Positions 47,257 through 55,212 are shown, counted from the first letter of the stretch. The stretch: DNA of 64,000 bases from an uncultured Actinomycetota bacterium (GCA_963840275.1 CAWIYK010000006.1:193075-257074), one strand, 5' to 3'. Numbers and translations: made by a program. Notes: generated by a model not told the origin, from the letters alone.

Positions 47257-47904
47257 ATGCTCGCGACAGATCTGTGCCAAGCGAAACAATGCGACGCCTA
47301 TGAGGTCGACACCGGGCCTTCGCACCGCACTCAGGGGGGACAGCGCCTGTGCCGGCGATGTCTGACCCGCACGCGACGACTTCTCGCTGACCTGCCGGCG
47401 TTGTTCGACGCCTGTGCGCACGAGCTGTCGCCCCGCTCCAGGTCCAGCTACACGACCGAGCGGGTGGCCGGCACCGGCGTCCTGGGAATCGAACTGAAGG
47501 AGGACGCGCTCAACGCCCGCGCCTGGGTTCTCAACATTCTTCGGCTGTGGACCCGTCTGGTCGTCGACGAGCTCGGAGTCCCGTTCGAGGACGTGCCGTC
47601 GGTGTCGAACCTGGCCCGCTTCCTGGGCCGGCACGCCGACTGGCTCGCCAAGCACCCGGCGGCCGGTGACTTCGCCGACGAGCTCGTCGAGACGGCCGTG
47701 CGCGTACGGCGCGTGGTGGACGCGAACCCGGTGCGCCGCGTCGTGCTCGGCACGTGCGTCGATGCCGACTGCGGCGGGGTTCTGCTCGCGCACCTGCGCC
47801 AGCGGGACGAGCTGTTGCCCAGCGAGATCCGCTGTTCCGGCGAACACGGCTGGCGGCCCGACCAGTGGCTGCTCCTCGGCCGCCGGATCAAGGAGGCGTG
47901 CTGA
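47257..47904 (+). CDS. Cys-rich hypothetical protein (several CxxC-type pairs)
   Basis: ATG 47257 follows a lower-GC leader. Cys pairs include LCQAKQC, RLCRRC, CVDADC and IRCSGEHGW. It sits 1 nt upstream of the HTH gene. Confidence 0.55.
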   Translation: MLATDLCQAKQCDAYEVDTGPSHRTQGGQRLCRRCLTRTRRLLADLPALFDACAHELSPRSRSSYTTERVAGTGVLGIELKEDALNARAWVLNILRLWTRLVVDELGVPFEDVPSVSNLARFLGRHADWLAKHPAAGDFADELVETAVRVRRVVDANPVRRVVLGTCVDADCGGVLLAHLRQRDELLPSEIRCSGEHGWRPDQWLLLGRRIKEAC

Positions 47905-47905
47905 G

Positions 47906-48103
47906 ATGCCGGGTCGACGTGCTCCGCGCACCGTGCCGACCGCCGTGGCGGCCCTCGCCGTCGGCGTGTCCGAGACGACCATCAGGCAGTGGGTCTACCG
48001 GGGCAAGCTCACCAGGTACGGCACCCCACGCCACGCCGAGTTCGACATCGAGGAGCTGACCGCGCACGCCGAGCGGCTGCACGGCGGGTCGACGCGGTCC
48101 TAG
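47906..48103 (+). CDS. Excisionase/MerR-like small HTH protein
   Basis: 65 aa reading TAVAALAVGVSETTIRQWVYRGKLTRYGTPRHAEFDIEEL, the Xis-type helix-turn-helix pattern. Confidence 0.6.
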   Translation: MPGRRAPRTVPTAVAALAVGVSETTIRQWVYRGKLTRYGTPRHAEFDIEELTAHAERLHGGSTRS

Positions 48104-49506
48104 TAGGCGCGGGCCAGGTAGGCGATCAGGTCGGGCTCGTCGGTGGAGTCGGGCAGCGAGCCGTCGGGGCGTTCGATGCAACGCACGCTGAGGCCGTCGC
48201 CAAGGCGGCCCTCGGCCTCCTCGTCGCGGACGGCCTTGTACGCGATCCTGGCCCAGCCGGTGCGCCCGACCTCGGCGGCCTCGGCGAGCGTCGAGACGTC
48301 GAAGGTGTTGTCGTCGCGGTGGCGGGTGGCCTCGTCGAGGAGGCCGCGCTGGATCTCGTCCATCAGCCGCGCACACGTGTCGGCCACGGCACCGATAGGC
48401 ACGACGACCTTCTCTCCCGTGTCGCGACGGGCGAGGGTGACGTTGCCGCCCGCGACGTCGCGGGGACCGACCTCGACCCGCACCGGGACCCCGACCAGCT
48501 CCCAGTCGACGACCCGACGGCCGAACGACGTCGAGGTGTTCCGGTCGACGGTCGACCGGAGCCCGGCCGCACGCAGCTCGTCCTGCAGCCGGGTGACCGT
48601 CGCGTCGACCTCGGCGGTCTCCTTGATCGCCAGCACGACCACCTGGTCGGGAGCGATGGCGGGCGGCACCCGAAGACCGGCGTCGTCACCGTGGGTCATG
48701 ATCAGCGCGCCGACGAGCCGGGTGCTCGCGCCCCACGACGTCTGCCAGACGTGCTCGCGCGTGCCCTTGTCGGACAGGTAGGTGGTGTCGAACGCCTTCG
48801 CGAAGTTCTGCCCCAGCTCGTGGCTCGTCGCGGACTGCAGCGCCTTGCCGTCCCGCATCATCGCCTCGAGCGTGTAGGTGTTGATGGCGCCGGCGAACCG
48901 CTCCCGGTCGGTCTTGACGCCCACCCGCGCGGGGATCGCCAGCACGTCGCGCACCACCTCGAGGTACGGGGAGTTGGCGATCAGCCGGGCGAACTCGCGC
49001 GCCTCCGGCATCGTGGCGTGGCAGGTGTGCCCCTCCTGCCAGAGGAACTCCGAGGTACGCAGGAACAGCCGGGGCCGCATCTCCCACCGGACGACGTTGG
49101 CCCACTGGTTGATCAGCAGCGGCAGGTCCCGATAGCTCTGCACCCAGTCCGAGAAGCTCGCGTTGATGACGGTCTCGGAGGTCGGCCGGACGACGATCGG
49201 CTCGTCCAGCTCCTTGCCGCCACCCTGCGTGACCACGGCCAGCTCGGGGCTGAAGCCCTCGACGTGCTCGGCTTCCCTGCGCAGGTAGTCGTACGGGATG
49301 AACAGCGGGAAGTAGGCGTTGCGGACCCCCACCGCGCGGAAGCGCGTGTCCAGCTCACGCTGGATGTTCTCCCACAGCGCGTACCCGTTCGGCCGGATCA
49401 CCATCGTCCCGCGCACCGGCCCGTTGTCGGCGAGCTTCGCCTTGGCGACGACATCCTGGAACCACTGTGGAAAGTTCTCGCTCTGCGGAGTGAGCACGCT
49501 TGGCAT
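48100..49506 (-). CDS. proS: Proline--tRNA ligase, archaeal/eukaryote-like short form (no INS editing domain)
   Basis: 468 aa with FPQWFQDVVAKAKLAD...RGTMVIRPNGYALWE...RPTSETV...FLWQEGHT...SHELGQNFAKAF and a C-terminal ...YLARAY ending in Tyr. AGGAAGG lies upstream of the ATG. Confidence 0.95.
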   Translation of the reverse strand: MPSVLTPQSENFPQWFQDVVAKAKLADNGPVRGTMVIRPNGYALWENIQRELDTRFRAVGVRNAYFPLFIPYDYLRREAEHVEGFSPELAVVTQGGGKELDEPIVVRPTSETVINASFSDWVQSYRDLPLLINQWANVVRWEMRPRLFLRTSEFLWQEGHTCHATMPEAREFARLIANSPYLEVVRDVLAIPARVGVKTDRERFAGAINTYTLEAMMRDGKALQSATSHELGQNFAKAFDTTYLSDKGTREHVWQTSWGASTRLVGALIMTHGDDAGLRVPPAIAPDQVVVLAIKETAEVDATVTRLQDELRAAGLRSTVDRNTSTSFGRRVVDWELVGVPVRVEVGPRDVAGGNVTLARRDTGEKVVVPIGAVADTCARLMDEIQRGLLDEATRHRDDNTFDVSTLAEAAEVGRTGWARIAYKAVRDEEAEGRLGDGLSVRCIERPDGSLPDSTDEPDLIAYLARAY

Positions 49507-49568
49507 GGCCGAAGGCTACCTTCCTGTCCCGCACGGCCGTCATGCGCCTGTCACCCGGTGTCACCCGG

Positions 49569-51458
49569 TCAGCGCAGCGGCCAGCTGTCGAAGTGCCCCC
49601 TTGTGACCACGAGGACGTCGTCCTCTATCAGCTGCTCGACCGGTCGCCCGGACGCCGCCAGTCGCTTTGCGACGAGCTCGGCGTGCCGGTCGCGGGCGTC
49701 TCGCGGCAACGGAACGGAACCGACCTCGGCGAGCCGGACGGCGCCGGAACGGTCCCGGACCGACACGACCTGCCCGCGGTTCCACACGCTCGGCGAGAAC
49801 GGGACGTCGAGATAGCCGAGCTCGATCGCCCGTTCGACCGCGAGGCCGAAGTCGCCCTCCCCCGCTTTCAGCGCGGCGTCGAGGACGGCCCGTGCCTCCA
49901 CGGTGATCAGCTCCACCTCCTCCGCGACCCCCTCGATCTGCCGGGTCGAGCCCCGAGCGGCCGCCAGCGCCCCGCGGACGAGCTGCACGCTCTCCGCGTT
50001 CTCCTCGGCGGTCGGGATCCGCCGCGCCTCGACGTGCGTCTTGACCATCAGCCGCGTGGCGCCGCTGTGCCCGGCCGTCGTCGCGGAGCCCCGCAGCAGC
50101 TCCCTCGACTTGTCCTGGTCGGTGGGGAACGCGCCCATGTACTGGTGGAACACGGTGTGCACGGCGACGTCCGCGAAGGAGAAGTCGTCGAGGTACTGGC
50201 GGGCGACGGCACGCATCGCCTGTATCGCCGCGACGTCCTGGGCGTGGTTGCCCTGCTCGGCGTAGCCGAGGGACACCGACTTCACCCCGCCTTCCGCGGC
50301 CAGCAACGCTTCCAGCACGTTGGCCACCACCGCGACGAACGGCGGCACGAGGCTCGCCGTGAGCACGCCGAAGAACTCGCGGTCGATGACGTGGCCGAAC
50401 CGCTCGTGGTAGGACCCGGCCAGGCGGTCGACGTACCGCCACCGCGCGACCGACTGACGGGGCGCGTAGTCGCGGTAGTAGGGAAGGTTGTAGGTGATCG
50501 CCCCTCCCTCGAACGCGGCGACCCCGCCCGCGAACGAGATCTCCGCGAGCAGCCGCGGGTCTCTTGTGGAGTGACGGACCTGCATGGGCACGTCCCGGAA
50601 CTCACCGGTGATCGCGAGGAGGTCCGCCACGCCGTGGTTGACCATCGGATAACCGTTGAGTCCCTGTCCCGGGGTGCGCCGGGTGGCCAGCTCCTTCAGC
50701 GCGATCTCGACGTCCTCGTAGGCGTTGTTCCTGGTGAGGGAGTCGATCTGGAACGAGAGGACGTCGGCGCCCGCACGCCGCAGCTGGTGGAACAGCGAGC
50801 GCTGGTCGACCGCGTTCGGCACCCCGCAACGGGGATGGACCAGGGTGACGCCGTCCTCGTCGGCCGCCTGCTGGGCCGCGGCGAGCGTCGGCCGGGACGC
50901 CAGGGCGCTCGCCGCGCGCGCGAAGTCCTGTGCCTCCGCGCCGGTGTGCCACTGCATCAGGACTTCCTCGCGCTGCTCGGCGAACGGCGCGACGTCGACG
51001 TCGGGCGGGGCCGACCGCGCCGGTGCCGGCTGGTCGGCGACCGCGACCCCGGACGGGACGGCGTCGCCGAGGTCGTGCTCGAGGGCGGCCAGCACGGTCG
51101 GCAGCTCGACGAAGCCGTTGAAGACGCGCGTGAAGCCGAGCCGACCGAGGTCGGTCATCGCCTCGTCGTCCTTGGTCACGGAGGGGTTGCCGCCCAGGTA
51201 CCACACGCCGCCGTCGACTCCGAGCTCCGCCCGCATCGCCGGGAGGTCACGCAGGTAGTGCCAGGCGTGTCCGTCCATGTTGGACACGAGCACGGCGTCC
51301 GCGCCGACCGCGGCGGCACACACGTCGCCGACCGTGTTCTGCGTCGCCAGGTACCGGACCCGATAGCCGGCCCTGACCAGCATCCCGCGCAACACGATGA
51401 GCCCCACCGAGTGCGCGTCGCCGCCGACCCCGCACAGCACGATCGTCGGCGCACTCAC
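49569..51458 (-). CDS. Fused B12-dependent glutamate (methylaspartate) mutase-like protein, S-type domain plus E-type domain
   Basis: The N-terminal cobalamin domain has DxHxxG (GGDAHSVG) and YLGGN. The C-terminal part has GYPMVNHGV...MQVRHSTRDPRLLAEISFAGGVAAFEGGAITYNLPYYRDY, which is typical of the GlmE/MutE chain. The start is GTG 51458 (RBS GAGGGGAC) or TTG 51473. Confidence 0.85.
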   Translation of the reverse strand: MSAPTIVLCGVGGDAHSVGLIVLRGMLVRAGYRVRYLATQNTVGDVCAAAVGADAVLVSNMDGHAWHYLRDLPAMRAELGVDGGVWYLGGNPSVTKDDEAMTDLGRLGFTRVFNGFVELPTVLAALEHDLGDAVPSGVAVADQPAPARSAPPDVDVAPFAEQREEVLMQWHTGAEAQDFARAASALASRPTLAAAQQAADEDGVTLVHPRCGVPNAVDQRSLFHQLRRAGADVLSFQIDSLTRNNAYEDVEIALKELATRRTPGQGLNGYPMVNHGVADLLAITGEFRDVPMQVRHSTRDPRLLAEISFAGGVAAFEGGAITYNLPYYRDYAPRQSVARWRYVDRLAGSYHERFGHVIDREFFGVLTASLVPPFVAVVANVLEALLAAEGGVKSVSLGYAEQGNHAQDVAAIQAMRAVARQYLDDFSFADVAVHTVFHQYMGAFPTDQDKSRELLRGSATTAGHSGATRLMVKTHVEARRIPTAEENAESVQLVRGALAAARGSTRQIEGVAEEVELITVEARAVLDAALKAGEGDFGLAVERAIELGYLDVPFSPSVWNRGQVVSVRDRSGAVRLAEVGSVPLPRDARDRHAELVAKRLAASGRPVEQLIEDDVLVVTRGHFDSWPLR

Positions 51459-51469
51459 GACGTCCCCTC
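51454..51469. repeat. 16-nt direct repeat copy A (CTCACGACGTCCCCTC)
   Basis: It is identical to 51528-51543. On the coding strand it reads GAGGGGACGTCGTGAG, which is an RBS plus a GTGA start/stop overlap. Confidence 0.9.
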
Positions 51470-51527
51470 GCAAGCTCCGGGACGCCGCTCACGGTCGCCC
51501 TGTGACATTGGTTCGCTCGCAAGCTCG

Positions 51528-51543
51528 CTCACGACGTCCCCTC
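51528..51543. repeat. 16-nt direct repeat copy B (CTCACGACGTCCCCTC)
   Basis: See copy A. The flanking CTCGCAAGCTC is also duplicated, at 51467-51477 and 51516-51526. Confidence 0.9.
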
Positions 51544-52329
51544 CCGCGCCAGCAGCAGGGTGCGGCTCATCGGCGTCGGCTCCACAGTGGACACCGTCCG
51601 CCAGCCGTCGCGGCCGGCGTCCTCGTAGAGCAGCCGGGCGAGGCCGACCGGGGTTCGCGCCAGCACCGCGATGTCCGGTGGACCCGTCCGCGCGACCTGT
51701 TCGAGCACGGCTCGCTTGCCGGTCAGACCGTTCGCCAGGAACACCAGACCCACCTCCCGGTAGTCGAAGTGGCGGCCGTCGGCCGCGTGGGCGCGGACCG
51801 TCGTGCCCGGCCACGCGGCGCGGTGCCGGCTGAGGATCTTGTTCGCGAGACGCACGGTGACCGGGTCACGGTCGAGGGCGACGCCGCGGTCGGTCACCAC
51901 ACCGTGGTCGCCGAGCGCGATCATCGTCTCCGGGTACGCGCCACAGCCGACGACGACGGCCCGGTCGAAGGTCCGGCCGGCCAGCGTCGCCAGTTCGGCG
52001 CCGACCCCGGCGTAGCCCTCGGTGGCGAGCACGGACCCGCCCCGCTCGTGCGGATGCGACACGAGCCGGTCGCTCTGCACCCGCTCCATCTCGCGGATGT
52101 GCGCGGCCCACGGCACGGCAAGGGTCTGGCGCAGCCGGGAGAAGTCGACCGACGCCGTCACCGCACGCAGCGTCGGCTCGTCCCGCACGCTCGTCACCAC
52201 CCGCCACAGCTCGTCCATGACGTGCCGGGGCGCCGGCTGCCGCCCGTCGAGGGCGCACCGGTCGGCGAGGTCGTGGAGCGTCGCGATCAGCTCGGTCAGC
52301 TCCAGCGCGGGGCCGCTAGCGGTGCGCAT
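51529..52329 (-). CDS. SAM-binding-fold protein resembling nicotianamine synthase-like enzymes
   Basis: 266 aa from MRTASGPAL (cat at 52327-52329). It has a glycine-rich loop VVVGCGAYPET, an acidic beta-2 end VALDRD, and LVFLANGLTGK, which resembles the NAS signature VFLAALVGM..K. The family call comes from memory. Confidence 0.55.
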   Translation of the reverse strand: MRTASGPALELTELIATLHDLADRCALDGRQPAPRHVMDELWRVVTSVRDEPTLRAVTASVDFSRLRQTLAVPWAAHIREMERVQSDRLVSHPHERGGSVLATEGYAGVGAELATLAGRTFDRAVVVGCGAYPETMIALGDHGVVTDRGVALDRDPVTVRLANKILSRHRAAWPGTTVRAHAADGRHFDYREVGLVFLANGLTGKRAVLEQVARTGPPDIAVLARTPVGLARLLYEDAGRDGWRTVSTVEPTPMSRTLLLAREGTS

Positions 52330-53221
52330 GAGCCCCGCCCGTCGCCGACCGCACGCCGGGCCGTCCCGGCGCGAAGACCGCGTAGACACGCCGCAACCTG
52401 CGCTTCGAGTCGATCTCGGTGAACGGCAGCCGGCCGTGCAGGAAGCGCGCGTTGTTCCACACCAGCAGGTCGCCCCGCTCGAGCAGCACGGGGTGCTGGA
52501 ACGCCGGCGTCGCACACAGCTCGTCGAGCAGGTCCATCGCGGCGACGAGCCGGTCGGGCAGCTGCGCGCCCGCGGTGGTGTGGCCCAGCTCGATGTAGCG
52601 GCGCAGGTACCGCAGCTCGAACCGACCGTCCTGATCGGACAGGATCGCCTGTTTCCGCGTGGTGACCCCGGGTTGCTGCCCCTGGAGGTCGAAGTGGTGT
52701 GCCCGCCGCAGCTCGGCGAGGTGCCGGGGATCGTCGGCGCGCAGTGCCTCGCACAGCGCCGCGCCGTCGACCAGGACGGTCTCACCGCCGATGTCGGCCG
52801 AGGAGAGACCGAGCAGGACGGCGAAGTCCGGCGGCTGCGGCAGCAGGGTGCCGTCGGTGTGGAAACCGCCCGCGCGGCTCGTGCCGGAGTAGTGGCTGAC
52901 GGTCGCGGCCGAGGCACCCACCTCGACCGGGTACACGAGCTCCCCGGTGCGGTACTGCGGGACCGGCCGGCCGAGGGTGGTGACCAGGTTCCACGCGGCG
53001 GTGGTCAACGCGTGGTCGTCCATCCCGGCGGTGCCGAGCCGCAGCACCGCGTAGCCCGGCTCGCCGCGCACGAGGTCGAGCGCGGACGCGGCGAACGCGC
53101 GGAACTCGTCGCCGACGTCGGCCGGCGCGGTCGGCCACGCGTCCGGCGGTCGGCCGGCGGCGACCGTCCGCCCGGCCGCCTCGGCGGTGAGGGCGGCACT
53201 CATCGACAGAACAGCAGTCAT
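52316..53221 (-). CDS. TauD/TfdA-family Fe(II)/2-oxoglutarate-dependent oxygenase
   Basis: 301 aa from MTAVLSMS. The HxD facial triad is in GGFHTDG. The distal His/Arg is in WNNARFLHGRLPF. Confidence 0.85.
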   Translation of the reverse strand: MTAVLSMSAALTAEAAGRTVAAGRPPDAWPTAPADVGDEFRAFAASALDLVRGEPGYAVLRLGTAGMDDHALTTAAWNLVTTLGRPVPQYRTGELVYPVEVGASAATVSHYSGTSRAGGFHTDGTLLPQPPDFAVLLGLSSADIGGETVLVDGAALCEALRADDPRHLAELRRAHHFDLQGQQPGVTTRKQAILSDQDGRFELRYLRRYIELGHTTAGAQLPDRLVAAMDLLDELCATPAFQHPVLLERGDLLVWNNARFLHGRLPFTEIDSKRRLRRVYAVFAPGRPGVRSATGGAHAHR

Positions 53222-53241
53222 GCCGTTTCCTTTCTTGATCG

Positions 53242-54174
53242 TCACCGTCGCTCGGCGCCGGCGACGGCGAGCAACAAGCTGCCCGGACCGACGGGAGGAC
53301 TGACCGTCACGAACACGCACACGCCCGTCTCCGGCGCCAGGACCACCTCGACCTCGCGGCCGTGTGGGTCGAGGATCCGGCCGACGTGCTGTCCGGCCAC
53401 CACCTCCTGGCCCGGCTCGACGGCCGGCTCCCACCACCCCGTGGCGCCGGCGCGCAGCCAGCGGAACGTGGTCATGTGCCGCACCCGCGGCGGTGCCGGC
53501 ACGCTCGGGTCGGCCGGCAGGACACCGAGCCGGACGGCCACCCGGCGCAGGCCGAGCACGTGTGTCCCGACGGCCCGAGGGGTGACCACGCCGCAACCAC
53601 CCGCCTCCGCGATGAAGGCCGGGATGCCGGCGTCGGCCGCCGCGGCGCTGGTGCTGCCCCCGACGGTGCGCTCGTCGGCCGGCTGCGTGACGCAGATCGG
53701 CGCCCCGTACGCCTCGGCCAGGTCCCACGCGCGCTCGACGACGGGCGAGGAGTCGCACAGCGTGAACGGGCTCAGGTCCTCCGTCAGGTCGCCGGCGTGG
53801 ACATCGACGACGGCGTCGCTGTCGAGCACGAACCGCTCGAACACCAGGTCGGCCAGCCGCTCGCTGTACGTTCCCCGCGGCTCACCGGGAAAGCACCGGT
53901 TCAGGTTCTTGCCGTCGACCGGTGACACGAACGGACTGCGGGCACGGAAGGCCGCCACGTCGACCATCAGCACCGCACGGATCCGGCCGCGCACCACCCG
54001 TTCGTCCACGCCCGCCATGAACTCGCGGAGCGCGGCCATGGGGGTGTACTCGCACCCGTGCACCCCGGCGAGCAGGGTGAGGCTCGGTCCGTCCTCGGCG
54101 CCTCGCACCTCCGCGACGGGCAGCTCGTGCCCGGCGCCGAGCCACTCCGCGCGCGCGAAACCGTAAGTGGCCAC
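53242..54174 (-). CDS. Succinylglutamate desuccinylase/aspartoacylase (AstE/AspA, M14-like Zn) family deacylase
   Basis: The GTG start has GGAGGAGAA upstream. It carries LLAGVHGCEYTP (HxxE), NLNRCFPG and VVDVHAGD. Confidence 0.8.
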   Translation of the reverse strand: MATYGFARAEWLGAGHELPVAEVRGAEDGPSLTLLAGVHGCEYTPMAALREFMAGVDERVVRGRIRAVLMVDVAAFRARSPFVSPVDGKNLNRCFPGEPRGTYSERLADLVFERFVLDSDAVVDVHAGDLTEDLSPFTLCDSSPVVERAWDLAEAYGAPICVTQPADERTVGGSTSAAAADAGIPAFIAEAGGCGVVTPRAVGTHVLGLRRVAVRLGVLPADPSVPAPPRVRHMTTFRWLRAGATGWWEPAVEPGQEVVAGQHVGRILDPHGREVEVVLAPETGVCVFVTVSPPVGPGSLLLAVAGAERR

Positions 54175-54213
54175 GCGGCTTCTCCTCCGAGTCGTCGCCG
54201 CGCGGCCCTGTCC

Positions 54214-55212
54214 CTACCGCGTGGCTGCCCGCCGCAACGCCATCCCGGTGAGCAGTTCGAGAACCACCCGGTTGGCCAGCAGCGCGGTGATGTTCATCGG
54301 TTGGTCGTAGTGCGGCGACACCTCGACGATGTCCGCGCCGACCACCGGCAGCTCGGTGGCCAGCCGGCGGACGGAGTCCAGGAGCTGACGTGAGGTCAGG
54401 CCACCGGGCTCCGGCGTGCCGGTGCCCGGCGCCATCCCGGGGTCCACGACGTCGATGTCCACGGACAGGAAGACCCCGCGGGCCGGTTCCGGGCCGGACG
54501 TGGACGCGTGCGCCACGGCTTCGTCGACCACGATGTCGACCCCGCGCCGGTTCACCTCGTCCATGTAGTAGCTGCGCATGTCCCGCTCGCGCATCCAGGC
54601 GATGACGTCCGGCGGCGGCCAGTAGCCCCGGAGTCCGATTTGGACGAACCGGTGGCCGGGCACCATGCCCGACTCGATCAGCCGCCGCATCGGCGCGCCG
54701 TGTCCCATCATCTCGGCGCGCGAGTACTCCCCGGTGTCCGCGTGCGCGTCGAAGTGCACGAGCGCGACGGCGCCGGGGCCGTGGTGGCGCGCGACCGCGG
54801 TGGCGTTCGGGAGCGTGACGCTGTGGTCGCCGCCGAGGACGACCGGAATGCCGCCACGGGAGGTGATCTCGTACACGTACCGCTCGATCGACTCGAGCGA
54901 CGCCTCGATGTACCCGCGCACCATCGGGATGTCCCCGGCGTCGACCACCGGCATGGCGCGAAGCGGGTCGACGCCGGCCGACAGGTGCGGCCGCGAGCCG
55001 TCCGGTTCGAGGTAGTCCGCGTCGCGGATCGCCCTCGGCCCGAACCGGGCCCCCGGCCGGAAGCTCGTCCCCCAGTCGAACGGCGCGCCGATCACCACCA
55101 CGTCGCCGGCGGCGACCTCGTCCACCCGGCGGACCGGCACGCCGCAGAACGAGCCGCGGGAGCCGAACGGCTCCACGAACTGACCGTCGTACGGATCGAC
55201 GAATTCCGACAT
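54214..55212 (-). CDS. Arginase/agmatinase-family Mn ureohydrolase (guanidino-group hydrolase)
   Basis: All the signature motifs are present: VLGGDHSVT, HFDAHADT, SVDIDVVDP and GADIVEVSP. Confidence 0.9.
   Translation of the reverse strand: MSEFVDPYDGQFVEPFGSRGSFCGVPVRRVDEVAAGDVVVIGAPFDWGTSFRPGARFGPRAIRDADYLEPDGSRPHLSAGVDPLRAMPVVDAGDIPMVRGYIEASLESIERYVYEITSRGGIPVVLGGDHSVTLPNATAVARHHGPGAVALVHFDAHADTGEYSRAEMMGHGAPMRRLIESGMVPGHRFVQIGLRGYWPPPDVIAWMRERDMRSYYMDEVNRRGVDIVVDEAVAHASTSGPEPARGVFLSVDIDVVDPGMAPGTGTPEPGGLTSRQLLDSVRRLATELPVVGADIVEVSPHYDQPMNITALLANRVVLELLTGMALRRAATR

Noticed and set aside
47070-48103. Prophage or integrative element call.
   Set aside because: No integrase, replication or structural genes, tRNA or flanking direct repeats are visible in the window. 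Only the Xis-like HTH and a Cys-rich partner are present, so I report it only as a possible island boundary.
49507-49568. An intrinsic terminator between the mutase gene and proS.
   Set aside because: The gap contains a direct repeat (CCGGGTGACA twice on the coding strand) but no inverted repeat able to form a stable hairpin. I did not call a terminator, so co-transcription remains possible.
51455-51532. The mini-ORF as a RiPP precursor peptide.
   Set aside because: No RiPP maturation enzymes (YcaO, LanM, radical SAM and the like) are nearby. The sequence is explained by a junction duplication. I kept it only as a curiosity finding.
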